Assembly (NCBI RefSeq): GCF_009914755.1
Contig: NC_060942.1
Reading direction: 5' to 3' (one strand)
Length of the DNA: 64,000 nucleotides
Origin: the human T2T-CHM13v2.0 reference genome, Homo sapiens
The notes beneath the pieces are model-generated. The model did not search any database, was not told the DNA's origin, and saw nothing but the letters and a program-made list of their open reading frames with translations. How positions within the stretch are numbered: position 1 is the stretch's first letter; the number at the start of each line of letters is the position of its first letter. Positions 12,472-30,130 of the stretch are shown one piece after another. The position numbers and the translations under genes are program-made.

Positions 12472-14487
12472 AGATACCATTAACCTAATAGATCAGAAAA
12501 CATTTAAAATCTTGGTGAATTCTCTTGGTAAAGACAAGGGCAAAAAGAGCCCTTAAGTACCTGGCTGGTGTGAGTGCCCGAGGGTCCCACTCCATGGAGA
12601 GAGATTTGGCAGTGTCTAAGAATGAGACCTCCACTGACTGTCAGTGCCCACCCCTGCCCTCTGTGCTCTGCATCTTTCCATGTTCCAGGGTGAATTTTCG
12701 TGCTAGAACCGTGTAAGTTTCCTCTGCCCACCAGCTTGTAGGCTGGAATTCACATTCTCTGGGAGAAGCTCTCAACCAGTGGCTCTCCTGTTGCTGTTAT
12801 TCCTCAGGAGGCATGATTTTGAGGCATGTTCCTTGCGCCACTTCCAGCGTTTCCCTTCGGGATTCTGAGACCCTGTCCCCTGGGGGCGCGGGCTGGGAGA
12901 GCACCCTTTTTGTCTGCCTTTTCCTCCTGTGTTACCTCCTCGCCTTCCTATACTCCCTGCATTTCCCTCATAAGCAACTTGCACTCTTTTCCTTGTTACA
13001 AGTTCTGCTTCTGAAGCTTCCTTACAAATATCTTTCAGTGATTGAAATTGAAATTAGTGTTCTGTGCCTCCAGGCCCTGCTCCCAACACCCTCTAAAAGT
13101 GACCTGCTCTGAATTCCTAATGATTTACCATTTCTGGAAACTTAACTCACATATCTTCTATGTACTCCCTAGTAATTTCCTTTTTTTTTTTAATGTGAGG
13201 TGTAAACTCCTGGAGGAGAAAAAGTGTGATTCTCAAGGGTCAGGTGTCGTGTCTTGCATATAGTTGTCACTTAGTACATTTGTTGAATGGAAAGTAGTAA
13301 CACTTTTCTAATTTTTTCTCAAAATTCTTGTATACACTGATGTGATATTTATAAAGCTTCTTTCTTCTTATGTGTTTTCTTTTTCATCTGTTACACAAAG
13401 ACAATCATGATCGTTTCTGTTGTTGAAAAAGTGTGACTTTAACCATTTTTTCCTCACTTCTCATTTAAAAATAAAAAATTTACAGCAACATGGACCTAGT
13501 AAAACCTGATTTAACCTAGACCAAACCTACAAGAAAATATGGCTCTTGACAAGTAGTAACTGTCTTAAAAAGAAGGCGGATTCATTTAAACCATTAGCAC
13601 ACCTGTAGGTTGCTGGTACCCGGCATTATCCCTACAACATTGGTTTTCTGTAAGATCGATTACTTGACCTTGCCTGAAAAGATTTTTTCAGAATCTAGCT
13701 GTGAACCTGTTATTATTGTTTTAACCCCAATATGGGTACATAAAATGGATACAATTCCCAGTGGTCAGAGGACATACACTGGAATACATTTAGCAGGAAG
13801 GCTGTAGCAGAGCGATTAGCAGAGATTAAGAAAGTAGTATTAAAGATTTGGTGGCTGTTCCTCGTATATTCATATATTCAAAATAAACTTTAAAATGTGT
13901 AGGGCAGTGGGACTCTGACTCATAATTTTAGTTTTAAACTAATTACTCTTATAGTAGTGCTGTTCCCTTTATTGAAAAATAAGTGTTGTATTACAATGTT
14001 CAGGCTCTTTGTCTTTATACACATACCAGTTACATAAACGGGTAGTATTTTCTAATTGTATTTGACCCTAGGACTCAACAGATGCAAATGGTTTATTTGC
14101 ATTCCATCTATGGCAGCTAGTTCAGAAACTTATTCAACTTCCTCCTGAATTGGCAGAGACAAAGGGTCTTCAGTAGTGACACAGTTCATTCTGGTTATTC
14201 ACCACATCTAAATGATGGACATCTAAATGATGGACTGTCATATTTATCCTGTCCCTAAATCTCATTTTCTCATTCTTCTAAGTGTTGATATTTGGGTCTC
14301 CCTACTGAAATTGTACAGAGTATCATTTTTGGGGGGTCCTTTTGTAAGGCAACTTTTTTGAGATATAATCCACACATTGTACAGTTCACTGACTTAACAG
14401 ATGAGCATTCCCAGTTCTCCATATTTTTGCCAGTGCTTGTTATTGTCCATATTTTTTGTTCTAGCCACCCCAATGGGTATGAGGTGG

Positions 14488-15307
14488 TGATAGGGACAGG
14501 AGGCAGGGAAATTCTGGGCAGAAAAGGACGGGTCCCTGGTGAAGTCCCTATCCTCAAGCCAAAGAGCCTGGAACTGCAGCCCAAAGTGAGAACTTATGCT
14601 CCTGTTTTCTGCTCCAATGTTGCCTTTTCCAAAACCACCCATGGCCCTGCCCCCAACCCCCATCCTGGGCCTATAAAAACCCCAGAGCTCTGCCAGCAGA
14701 GGGGAGAAGCAGCTGGACATCGGAGACTATGGTTGGATGTCGGAAAGAAGCAGCTTAACCTCGGAGGGACAGTTTGATGATGTTGCTTTGGAGAGGATTC
14801 TGGCCAGGACGGCTGGACTCCAAGGGAACATTACCTTCCTGCCCTGTCCCTTTTTCATCTCCCCTTCGCGCTGAGAGCCACTTTCACCAGGAATAAAATC
14901 CCTTGCATTTACCGTCTTCAGTTCGTTCGTGTGACCTCATTCCTTCTGGACGCCAGAGAAGAACTTGGGTGCCACAAGTGTGGGTGCAAACGGTTGTCAC
15001 ACTGACCGTCCACTGAGCTGTTAACACTTAAGCCATCCACAGACAGCAAAGCTAAAAGGGCACTGTTGCACTTCCTCTGGGGCTTCGGATCACGGGCACT
15101 GTACCCTAAACCCTGCTGCAGGGCCAGTACAGAGTTCGCTCTTGCTCCTCCCCAAAAGCGCTCGCCCCAGCTCCTGCACCTGTTCACATGCACTCCCCCT
15201 CCTGTGAGGTTTGGAGCAGTCAGTGAGTAGAATTCGCCCCTGCCAGCACCAGCACGAGTGCACTCCATTTCCCGCCTGTGAAGGGGTCAGGGAAATAATC
15301 TGCTTCT
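14488..15307 (+). mobile_element. ERV1 solo LTR (LTR27/LTR28/MER52 group) inside an antisense L1M relic (~14330-15545)
   Basis: TGATAGGGACAGG...tgcttct. 4-bp TSD GTGG at 14484-14487 and 15308-15311. Internal cctataaaaa and aataaa. Confidence 0.88.
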
Positions 15308-16039
15308 GTGGTACTTGTGGATTTGAGTTACATTTCTCTAACGACTAATGATGAGCATCTTTTTTTGTTCATGGTGGTCTTTTACATATCTTCTTTCAAA
15401 AACGTTTTCAGATCTTTTCAGATCCTTTGCTCATTTTTAATTGGGTCATTTCTTGTTGAGTTTTAAGATTTCTTTATAGATTCTGGTTAAAAGTCGCTTA
15501 TCAGATAATATGATTTACAAATACATTCTCCTATCCTGTGCGTTGTTAATAATATCATTTTATATTTAATTTTTTAAGCTCTCATAGAAGGATTACTAAT
15601 CTTTTACTTGCACACTTCTGGTACCCAGAAGGTCTTCAGTAGAGGTTTATGAATAAATGAGTGGTGTATCTTTACCTCCCTTCTCAACTACTAACCAAAC
15701 TAAATATGCTTAGTTCCTCAGTTGAGCCTCATATTTTGCCATCTCTCAATCTCTCAAGAGTGAGAATGACCATTCTTTGGAAGTCTGTTGATGTACCATT
15801 GTGCCTTATTGCAGAATGGTGTTCCAAACTGGACTGTAATGTGACTTCCCTATTTTGGGTACATTGAGGGTATCAGTTCCTTTGAACTTGATACTGCTTT
15901 TCTATTTATTCAACTTAAGATTTCATGACTTTTTAATGCAACTCTGTTATTATTTTGCAAATCAGTGAACTATTGTTATATTCCATGGAATAATAGATCA
16001 AAGTCAGAGAAAGTGCGTAAGTGAAAAATAGAGGATATC

Positions 16040-16350
16040 AGCCTTGACAGCAGTTCATAGAAAAAGACCTGGGCTTTTTAGTTAACTAATTTTATATAAT
16101 TCAGTGGTAAGACAAACTTCAATAGTTTTGTTGTTCTTTGAAGTTTCTTGGTGGTTTTATTTTTAATGAAGTTCTTCCTGTCAATTAGAGCTGTGAAATA
16201 ATGGAATGGGTGACTTGAAAAGTAATGACTTCCCTGTCACCAACATTATTTAAGTAGAGGCTGGGTGACTAACAGGGATATTGTAAGAAGGGGCTCTTGA
16301 ATGGAGGGTCCATGACTGAGTAACCCATGAGACCAGCTTCTTTCACCTCT
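16040..16350 (+). mobile_element. L3/CR1 3' relic
   Basis: aaagacctgggc..ttagtt; tggaatggg...tccctgtcac...tttaagtagaggctgg resembles the CR1/L3 3' end. Confidence 0.5.
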
Positions 16351-17342
16351 AATTTTGTGATCTAAGGATCACCTCTGCCAAGATCCTTAGGAGAAAAGGT
16401 CAGTTTTTTGTGTACACATGCATTATATTTTCAGTTTATTTTCTCATCAAGCAGATGCCTTTAACCTTGAAAGGCTGCTTTATTTCTTCATTGAATTATT
16501 TTGGCTTATAAGGAAAATATGTCTGTAGTACTAATCATTAATGATTTTAAGTGTATATACTCAGATAAATTTTTGCTTAGTTGTGCATTCCCACTTTTTT
16601 TTGTCATGAAGTTTCACAGCTGTATTTAGTAAAATCTTTTGAGAGACAGCCAAGTAACTGATTTTTTTGTGGCAAGCCAATGGCATGTCAAATTTGGATT
16701 TATGTTGGAAAGCTGTTTTGCAGACATAAAAGTTGAAATAAACAGCCAAATTATCATTTCTCCCGAATTTGGATGTGGGAAAGTGAATATGTGTTTGGCT
16801 TTTATTTCTGGAATAACTTGAGAATGGATAAATAGGTTTTCCTGTGTGCTGTATTAAATGTGTGCAATTTTGCAGCAAGTCCAAATGTGAGAAATTTAAT
16901 CCCAAAGAATTATGTTAAGTGTTTGAAAAACATCTATTACTTGGGATCATCTCCTGTGTGCCAGGCACTAGGCCAGGTGCTTTACAAATGTTATCTCATG
17001 TAATCCCCAAAATAGAACTGTGGTTTTATAATCATTTCTGTTACAGGCACTAAAATCAAGGGCATCACAGTTTAAGGTAATTTGCTCAAGGTCACAGAAT
17101 CAGTAAGTATGAATTACAAATTTGGGATTCGGACCCAAATCTTCTTGTCTCTGGTCTCTGGCCTATTCTTTGAAGGCTTCCCCAAGTTCTTCAAGTTTTA
17201 CTTATTTTTGTGCTGTAATAGGAAATTATAAGTAAGGTTCAGATATTTGTTATTTAATAATGTGACTTCTGATTCATACTTAACAGTATTTCAGTATGTT
17301 TAATTCTGGTTTTGTATAATGATTTAAAATCCAAAATAGCAG

Positions 17343-17869
17343 TGATGCAGGATTTTGACTCCTTAGTTCAGCTAAATCTGGGTTCTTATCTCATGACCAG
17401 AAAGAATTAAGCACATGGACACATTGAAGGGTGAGGAGGGTGGAATTTATTAACCTCTAAAGGAAAGCTCTCAGCAAAGAAAAGGGTCCTGCAAGAAGGT
17501 TTCCACCTCACAAATTGAATACCAGGGCCACCATACAGGAGCTGAAGAGGCTACGCTCCTCCCCTGCATAAGGCGCAAATTCCTGATGGCTCCGCCCAGT
17601 TCCCTCAGGGCACATGTGGGCATGCCCAGGCAAGCCATAGGTAGTATTGGAAAAGACAACATTCCATTGGTTAAAAGGCATTATTCAGAAAGAATCAATT
17701 AGGAAAGGGCAGGCAAACTGGGGCAGATGTTCTCCCTTTGGGTCTTGGGTTTCATCTGAGACCAGCAGTCCGGTCTTCAGCCTTCAGGCTGTTTTAGGCT
17801 TGAAGGTGAGGTTTCACCAGGGACCCTTCCCTATCTGCCTAGGCATTTGTCTGCCTCCTGCCTCTATCA
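17343..17869 (-). mobile_element. ERV1 solo LTR (MER61-like)
   Basis: TG...CA ends. 4-bp TSD GCAG at 17339-17342 and 17870-17873. Homologous to 22069-23100. Confidence 0.85.
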
Positions 17870-18031
17870 GCAGCATTTCTCTATTATAATTGTTAGGAAC
17901 AGAAATAATTAATCTGTGTCCTAGACTATTTGTAAACTCTACCTCAATGTAAATGTAGTTTTATAATTAAAATGAAGGATCATCAAGAATCTAGCTATTA
18001 CTTTTTTTTGAAAATTAATTTTCCTCCAACC

Positions 18032-18313
18032 TTTTTTTTTTTTTTTTTGAGATGCAGTTTCTCTCTATTGTCAAGGCTAGAGTACAGGCCCACTGCAGTC
18101 TTGAATTCCTGGCCTCAAGCAATCCTCCTGCCTCAGCCTCCTGAGTAGCTGGGCCCACAGTTGTGCACCACCACACTGGGCTAATTTTTAAATTTTTTGT
18201 AGAGACAGGATCTAGCTTTGTTACCCAGGCTGGTCTCAAACTCGTGGGCTCAAATGTCCTCCTGCCTCAGCCTCTCAAAATGCTGGGATTATAGATGTGA
18301 GCCCACACTGGCC
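18032..18313 (-). mobile_element. AluJ-like
   Basis: Dimeric Alu with poly(T) and TSD cctccaac. Confidence 0.92.
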
Positions 18314-21300
18314 CCCTCCAACTTTTTATGGGAGGTGTTCCTGAATGGAATGGCTTGGCCTTTGTTGTACATCAAGGTAATAAATAAATGGTCCTCACTT
18401 ATGGCTTAACTTTATTTTCCCCAAGGATTTGGCACAGGTGTTGTGTGACCCTGATTCAGGGTTTGTGGAACCCCCTCTGGGTAGTGAAATAGATGATCTT
18501 CTCAAGATAGATTATACAATCATGCCTTAGGCTGGTCTTTGAGTGTTATATTATCTCTTCCTGGCTCTTTTAATTTTCTGCTACAGACAGAACTTCCATT
18601 GTATTTAAAATAGCATTTATTTTATAGTAAGGCTGAAAAAAAAAACAGTACAAAAGACTTAGAAGAATATAGTCAAGGTAGAGTTGATGTCAAATGGAAA
18701 TGGTAACATTCATTTAAGTAGAGCAATTAAAAATGGCCTTGGGGCTCTTAGTTTTACTTGCCATATTGTCAGTTCTGGAGCCACTGGTAGGTATTTTGTC
18801 CTTATCATTTCAAAGCACACAGTTGAATTTATTACTTCAGTTATTATCCTCAGTTACTTCTATTTTTTAGGATACTTTTAACTTGAAGGATTAAAAAAAA
18901 CTAATCATATAGAACCATCTAAAGCCAACATAAATTTAAATCTTAGTCTCATTTTTATCTTAATGATAAAATAATGAATTAAAGCTTTTATACATTCCGT
19001 GTTGAAGTTGTCTCTAGTGTATTCATGATTGAAAAATATACTCTACATGTACTTTCAGGCTTATATGAAATACTTTTCAAGTATCAAATATTTATGGAAA
19101 AAAAATCTGCGTTGGCTCTGAATCTGTTACACCTAGAGCCTCACTGTAACACTGTCCTTGGGTTCTGTAATGATTAACATTTGGCACTTAAGTAATAAAA
19201 CCAGTTTTACAAGGGCCAAAATGGACCCTTGTAAATGAAAGTGGCCTCTAAACATACTAAAATGCACGATAACTTTAACAAATCTTTAATTCTAGATTCT
19301 TTAGAGGGTGTCACCATAGGATGATTGATGCTGAAAATGAGCTATGTCATGTTCACTTTTTCTCTGTTACGTACTGGATGCTTATTTATTTAGAAATTTG
19401 GTGCATAAATTGTTGTCTGACACTGTTTGAATATTTAATGGCCAGTCATTTCTATGTTACCCCTAAGGATGTCTTCCTTTACTTTTAGAGTTCCTGTGGT
19501 TCCTCCTCAAGTTATGAATTAGTGTTTTCATGAGGTAGCAGAGAAGTGTCCATATTACCTTAAAGCACACATAATTAGAAACATAAATGCACTGAATACA
19601 CTTAGCACTCAACAAACACCTGTATTGTTACCTAAAGGCCAAATGATTATTCTTGGATTATCCACAGTGTAGCTGGTCTGTATCACTCTTCATTCGAATT
19701 TAGAATAGGTAATTAAAAGTCATTTATCTGTGATTGTATTGCTCAGAAACATGAAGTATGAAATTTCTATACCAGTGCCTCATAGTAAATTCTTTCCCTA
19801 AAGACAAGTAATTATGGATCCAGAAACATTTTTCCTTCACTGAGGAGAGGGGTGATTAAAAAGCTCACTTCGAAGTCCAAAATACTGCAGATTTGTTGAG
19901 ACAGTTTTGTTTCCCTGACATGTTGATTGCACTTCACATCACACACAATACCGAGGGACTTATTCTGTAAGGTTTCTGGCCTTCCCCTTTATCATAATTG
20001 CAGAGTGTCACATTGATCTGATGGAGATGGATTTAGAACAGTTGTTGATTGGAAGCTCTTGATAAAGACAGGGAGTTCAAACACAGACTCTGCCTGGAAA
20101 TTCAGCGTGAACATCCCTCATCTATCATAATTTAACCGATGAGAAAGATCAAGTTAACCTGCCATCCATCATATCTATTTAACTGTACTCCAGAGTGAAT
20201 TAAATTGTATTTAACAACTTTTATCTTACAGGGTTTGCACACTGAAAGAGAACAGCACTTCTTCATCAAGTTGTTGCTCTCTGTTTATCAATTTAAGATT
20301 TTGAAACTTGTTCTAAAACATTCAATATCCAGTAAATTCCTTTCAAAGACTTTATGGTCCTTAATTTTCCCCCAAGTTTTGTTCTTACTGGTAATAATCA
20401 ATATCAGTTTAGTACTATAGCAATGGAGAAGTATTCTTAGGATGCAATGGTATAAAATAGTATCTTATCCTTGAAAATAGACGTGCTCAATTGAAATAAG
20501 CTTGGTTGGTATTGCAAGTATTAATTTGGAGTACTTTCAGACATTTTAAGAGGTATCGTTTTAGGGCCATAGAATAGTAGAGTTAGGAGGGCACCTGAAG
20601 ATCTAATTTAATCCTTTAGTTTGCAGCTAAGGAAACTGGGCTCTAAGGGTACATGACTGTCATAACAAGGCCATCTAAGTTATCTGCAATAGTGCTGGGA
20701 TAAACATGCAGGATTTCTGACTCCTGGAATAGCTTTTCTTTGATCCTACCATGTATCTTTATGTACAGATTCTATGTGGATTCTCTGAAACTCATGTCTT
20801 ATCAGTATCTTTTAGGATTAAGGGAGAGGGGAAAGATAACCATGGCACGAAATAATATAACAGACCCTTAAAACTTGATACCATCAATTTTGAGTTACAA
20901 GAGGAAATAAATGGGGAAAGTAAGGGAAAGGAGATCACTCTCTGTTCTTGCTTTTCTCCAACCTACTAACATTAGAGAACTGATAAAAAATTTATTCATA
21001 GACTTTGCTGATCAAATTGTTATGTGTTGCCATCTTGAATAATTTGTACATCTGCAGAAGCAAGAAAAAATTAAGTTTTCTTTTTGGAGAGCAAGAAAAT
21101 TCAATAAGAAAACATTTTCTAACGTCTTGATAGAAATTATTGGTATAAAAACTTAGGTCTTTAGTTAGGATTTGATCCAGCCCAAGATGGAAAACACAAA
21201 ATAAGAATGGTGTAAGCAAGTAGAATTTATTTTTCCTTTAAAGGAAAAGGAGTACACAGGTTCCTTCTTTGCCTTCTCTGTCTTCCTAATGTGGCAACGA

Positions 21301-21621
21301 AGGTTCAACATACCTTCCCCAGCCCTGGCCATCACATCCTCAGCTAGCCTGAAGGGGTGAGTGATGAACAGTAGGGCGAGGGGAAGGGCCAGTATGAGCT
21401 GGCTTCGAAGGTGGTGTCTTAAGCAGCCACATGATACTTCTACTTCCATTTCATTTTCATTGATCAGAACTTAGTTATGAGAATACCTATTGCTTCAAGG
21501 AAGACTGGAATATTCAGTCTGTATTCTGGGTAGCCAGGAGTCCAGCTAAAATCAGGATTGTGTTACTTTATTTGATCTTAATAAATTATAATATTTGATT
21601 TTTTATTTTTAAAAATATTAC

Positions 21622-21912
21622 TTTTTTTAGAGACAGGGTCTTGCTCTGTTGTTGCTCAGGCTGGAGTGCAATGACATGATCATAGCTCACTGCAGCCTTT
21701 GCCTTCTGGTCTCAAGTGATCCTCCCACCTTGGTCTCATGAGTAGCTGGAACTACAGGTATGCACCCCCATGCCTGGCTAATTTTTGAAATTGTTGTAGG
21801 AACGGAGTCTCACTATTGCCCAGGCTGGTCTCGAACTCCTGGTCTCAAGTGGTCCTCCCACCTTGGCTTCCAAAAACGCTGAGATTTCAGGTGTGAGCCA
21901 CTGTGCCTGGCC
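21622..21912 (-). mobile_element. AluJ-like
   Basis: Dimeric Alu with gatcatagctcactgcagcc. Confidence 0.92.
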
Positions 21913-22068
21913 TCACAATATGGACTCTTGAGCCCCATAACTGAACCGCAGAATAAGAATCCCTGTGTTTATTTGGAGGTTCTTTTCCAGCAAGCTTTTC
22001 CAGGGCTCCCTATGCAGCCAGCTTCACATGTTTAGGAATCATTGCACTACAATATAGGCTAGACATAC

Positions 22069-23100
22069 TGATGCAGGATTTTTGCTCCTTAGTTCAGCTA
22101 AATCTGGGTTTTTGTCTCATGACCAGGAAAAATTAGGCATGTAGACACATTGAAGGGTGAGGAGGGTACAATTTATTTATTTTACTTATTTTGTATTTTA
22201 AGTTCCGGGATACATGTACCAAATGTGCAGGTTTGTTACATAGGTGTACATGCGCCATGGTGGTTTGCTGCACCTATCAACCCATCATCTAGGTTTTAAG
22301 CCCCATATGCATTAGGTATTTGTCCTAATGCTCTCTTTTCCCTTGCCCCCCACCCTCCAACAGGCCCTGGTGTGTGTTGTTCTCCTCCTTGGTTTCCATG
22401 TGTTCTCATTGTTCAGCTCCCACTTATAAGTGAGAACATGTGGTGTTTGGTTGTCTGATCCTGTTAGTTTGCTGAGAATGATGGCTTCCAGCTTCATCCA
22501 TGTCCCTGCAAAGGACATGATCTCATTCTTTTTTATGGCTGCATAGTATTCCATGGTGTATATGTGCCACATTTTCTTTATTCAGTCTATCATTGATAGG
22601 CATTTGGGCTGGCTCCAAGTCTTTGCTATTGTAAATAGTGCTGCAGTAAACATACGTGTGCATGTGTCTTTATAGTAGAATGATTTATAATCCTTTGAGA
22701 ATATGCCCAGTAATGTGATTGCTGGGTCAAATGGTATTTCTGGTTCTAGATCCTTGAGGAATCAGAGCACAGAATGTATTAAGCAAAAGGAATGCTCTCA
22801 GCAAACAGAGGGTCCCTGTAAGCAGGTTTCCACCTCACAAACTGAATACCAGAGCCACCATGCAGGAGTTGAAGAGGCCAGGCTCCTCCCCTGCATAAGG
22901 CGCAAATTCCTGGTGGCTCCACCCCATTCCCCCAGTGCATGTGGGCCTCCAGTCCACTGTGGGCATGCCCAGGCAAGCCCCCTGGGCAGGTTCTCTTTTC
23001 TGCACAAAACATCTGGTGTAAACCCTTGTGGGGCAGGTTGGAGATTCTCCGGGTACCCTTCCCTAATCCTAGGGGATTTGGCTGTCTGCTGCCTCTATCA
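22069..23100 (-). mobile_element. ERV1 solo LTR (MER61-like) interrupted by an L1PA 3' end
   Basis: Same termini as 17343-17869; near-TSD atac/ctac. Confidence 0.85.
22172..22763 (-). mobile_element. 5'-truncated L1PA (3' ~590 bp)
   Basis: ORF 22312-22572 (MWHIYTMEYYAAIKKNEIMSFAGTWMKLE) is the ORF2 C-terminus, followed by 3' UTR and T-rich tail. Confidence 0.92.
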
Positions 23101-24050
23101 CTACCTTACCTACCATAGAGATGAAAGTTCCTCACACTAAACATTTCACACTTACGAAGGGGTCAGAACTCTCAGTATATTCCAAACCTACATCCAAAAG
23201 TAAAGCTGGCACACATCAGCTTTGCATTAAATATCTTGAAGCCATTTCTGAGCTCACTAGGACAATGGGCCCAGAGGACAAATGAGTAATCTTCATTTCG
23301 AGTACCACAAAGGACGACAGAGATCAAGCACCCCAAATCTGTATGTGTCAGGGGCAGTGGAGTGTGGAGGAGGATCTACAGGAAAAGAAGGAACATGATG
23401 GTACATTATTTCTGTTGAAAGCAAATGAGGGCACAGTGCAAATGCCAGGCAGGCACCTGTAATCTGTGACATTTCAGCTTTTAAATTCGATTTTGGCTTA
23501 TCTAATAAATATGGGATCTGTTTATATTATTGTGATTTCATGTCTACTTAAGAGTTTAATGTTATAATTAAGTCCTTACTAGTTTTGTGAGTACTAAATC
23601 GAAGAATTGCTATCATGTAATTCTTTGAACAGATAAACATTTTTGGGAGAGGGAAGGCAAATCTGGATTCTGGTAGGGTTGATATTTAATATTTATCAGT
23701 TATGGTTTCAGAAGAAGTGAAACTGACTACAGATCTATTACCTATGTTAATTAAAAGAAGGGAGCAAATGGCATGGAATTTTACTACTCCTTGAAAAAGT
23801 TCTACTAGCATTAATGTTCTAGGGGGTATTGCTAAATTCAGTTAAAATTAGTCCATGGTAGCCTCATTGGCATAATAGGGAAAAAGTGAATTCTCCAAAG
23901 AATGAAGCTTTCAAATTCATTAGGACAAAAAATTACCTGTCTTCCTCTGGGTATTTATTTTTGCTACAGCTTGAGCTCCTCTCTTAGTTTCAGTGCCACT
24001 TGATAGTATGGACAGATAAAACTCCATGGTGGGGGTCACACACACACACA

Positions 24051-25252
<1,202 letters not shown>

Positions 25253-25297
25253 CTCACATGACTTCAGGGCTGAGAGACAAGTGACATTAGTCACTAA

Positions 25298-26491
<1,194 letters not shown>

Positions 26492-27203
26492 AACTCTGGA
26501 ATTTTTAAACGGAAACTTTTTTGTCTTTAAATGTTGCCAGTGAATTTGAAACCCGTATGTAATCTTCCGTCTACCTGTTTGTTTTTCCTCTGCTCCATGT
26601 AATAAGGTGTAGTTTGTTCCCATAGATTAGACAGACTCCAGGGCTTGTATTCAACCAGTGTGCATCTGGCTACTAAAGTGTTAAAATACCTGTGGACTGA
26701 CTGGTAAGTAGCCACTGCCTAGTGCTAGTGGTCCTGGGGAATGTTGTGTGTTCAGTGCTGGGGCCTGTGCCAGCCCCTGGTCTCCTGGCCTGTCTATGGC
26801 AGTTTCCTGTACTAGCCCTGTCTTCTGTACCTTTGGACCAATGTGGGCCCAAGTCACGATGAGAATCTGGCATTCTCAGCATAGGGGCAATGAGACACGC
26901 TGAAAACCAAAACCTGGATTCTGATAGGCTCTGCTCCTTCTCCCCAGGCTGTGGCTGTTGGCTGCTCATTGGCATATCCCAGTGTTGTCTTTGTGTGGCC
27001 AGTTCAGGGTACTGTAGCTTTCCCTTTGATTAATGAATATAACATTCATTAAATATTTTGGATTTCACTCTGCCATCTTTAATGCACGCTTCTCAAAGAT
27101 GCTTTATCAATATGTTTTGCCCTTAGAGTGATCTTTTTCCATAGACATAGAGTTTTATCATTCATTCCTTTGTATTGATAAGGCTGCCTTTCTTTTGATT
27201 ATA

Positions 27204-28654
<1,451 letters not shown>

Positions 28655-29364
28655 ATTTTCCTTTTGCTTTCCCATTCTTCAACTTTAGGATAAATGGGGA
28701 GTGGATACAGCAGGCACCTTGGGAGTCATTGGATTTTCCTAGTTTGTCTAGTTTGTCTCTTATCCGTTGTATTGCCATGTTCTGCTCATTACCGTCTTAT
28801 GGGCCTGCTCCTTGGGGCTTAGTCTCCTTGCCTTTGCTTCTGCGGCTCTTGCTGCTTAGAAAACACTTCTGGTTCTATCACCTATGCTGGTGGGGTTGCA
28901 TCATCTTTGATTTTCTACAGCTATAGGTAATGTCTTTTCCTTGAACATTTAAGGAAAGTGGCTCCATCTGTGTGTCTCTTAGAGTATTTACCACTTTGTA
29001 TTTCCTGTCCTGTATTGACGTGAAAAAATGTCTTTTGTCTCTACTTAAACTCCAAGGCTGCAATGTCCATTACAGTCTCTGTTAGCCACATTGTGCTGTT
29101 TAAATTTAAACTCATAAAAATTAAGTAAAAAATATAGTTCCTCAGTGGCATTAGCTGCATGTGGCTGGTGGGGACTGTATGGAACAGTACTGAACATTTC
29201 TATCCTCAGAGGAAGTTCTGCTGAACTGGGCTGCTCCCATGGCTTGAGGGCATTGGTTGGTCCTGCCAACCCCACCCTACCCCTCAGCTCCAAGCTTGAA
29301 GCAGGCCTGTGACCCTCCTGAATTGTAGTAGGTTCTATTGCAGAAGAATCAGTATAGAGTAGTG

Positions 29365-30130
29365 GGATTGACCTAAAAGGAGGAAACTGAAGCAAAATTA
29401 ACATAAGTAAAGAGTTTATTGGGGCCAAGTTTGAGGATTGCAACCTGGGGGCATAAATGCAAGTTGCCCCGAATATACACTCTGTATAGCAGCAGTTACA
29501 AGTGGATTTATTTCATTTTATTTTATTTTTAGAGATGGGATCTCGCTCTGTCACAGGCTGGATTGCAGCGGTCTGATTATAGGTCACTGCAGCCTGAAAC
29601 TCCTGGGCTGAAATGATCCTCCTGCTTCAGCCTCTCCAGTAGCTGGGACTCCAAGCATGTGCCGCCGCTCCTGGCTAATTTTTAAAAATTTATGTAGAGA
29701 TAGAATCTTGCTATATTGCCCAGGCCAGTCTCAAACTCCTGGCCTCAAGTGATCCTCCTGTCTTGGCCTCCCAAAATGTTGGAATTACAGTTGTGAGCTG
29801 TGGAGCCAGGCCACAGTGGATTTTTAAAGGCAGAAAAAGGAGACAGAGTGGGCAGATGCAAAGTTGTTTGTCAGGAATTCTCATTGGTTTACAGAAATAA
29901 CATTGATTAGTGATATGGCTATACATGGTTAAGCTATACGGTATGGGTTATAGTGTCCAGTGTGGCATTATTAGATTAATTTATAGCTACTTTTGGCAAC
30001 AGGAAGCTGCTTTGAGAGATGAATACATAGCTGAAGCAGGGAGTAGGGCATGATTGAGTTCTCATTTTAATGCTTCTCTGGGCCTCACAGTTTGTAAGGG
30101 CTCACATTCCTCAGATGAAAGTGCTTTCTT
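29365..30130 (-). mobile_element. ERV1 (MER4-group) LTR containing an Alu
   Basis: ttgacctaaaaggagg...agagtttattggggccaag (reverse aataaa). Boundaries approximate. Confidence 0.55.
29510..29812 (-). mobile_element. AluJ-like
   Basis: Dimeric Alu with TSD aca(a)gtggattt. Confidence 0.9.

Larger units (their letters stand above)
8700..12620 (+). mobile_element. Ancient L1M ORF2 relic, split by later insertions
   Basis: Degenerate ORF2-like pieces at about 8750-9020, 9180-9560, 11460-12028 and 12472-12620. Confidence 0.55.

Noticed and set aside
14205-14236. Short tandem duplications (catctaaatgatgga x2; similar at ~15405, ~59074 and ~63099) as an array or CRISPR-like repeat
   Set aside because: Only two copies each and no spacer series; ordinary slippage duplications in a eukaryotic intron.
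6203-15307. Two related same-strand LTRs ~8 kb apart as the ends of one provirus
   Set aside because: Each has its own TSD (ATAC versus GTGG), and the interior is L1 sequence with no primer-binding site or gag/pol/env.
17343-23100. MER61-like LTR pair as a provirus
   Set aside because: Separate TSDs, the two LTRs differ internally, and no retroviral internal sequence lies between them.
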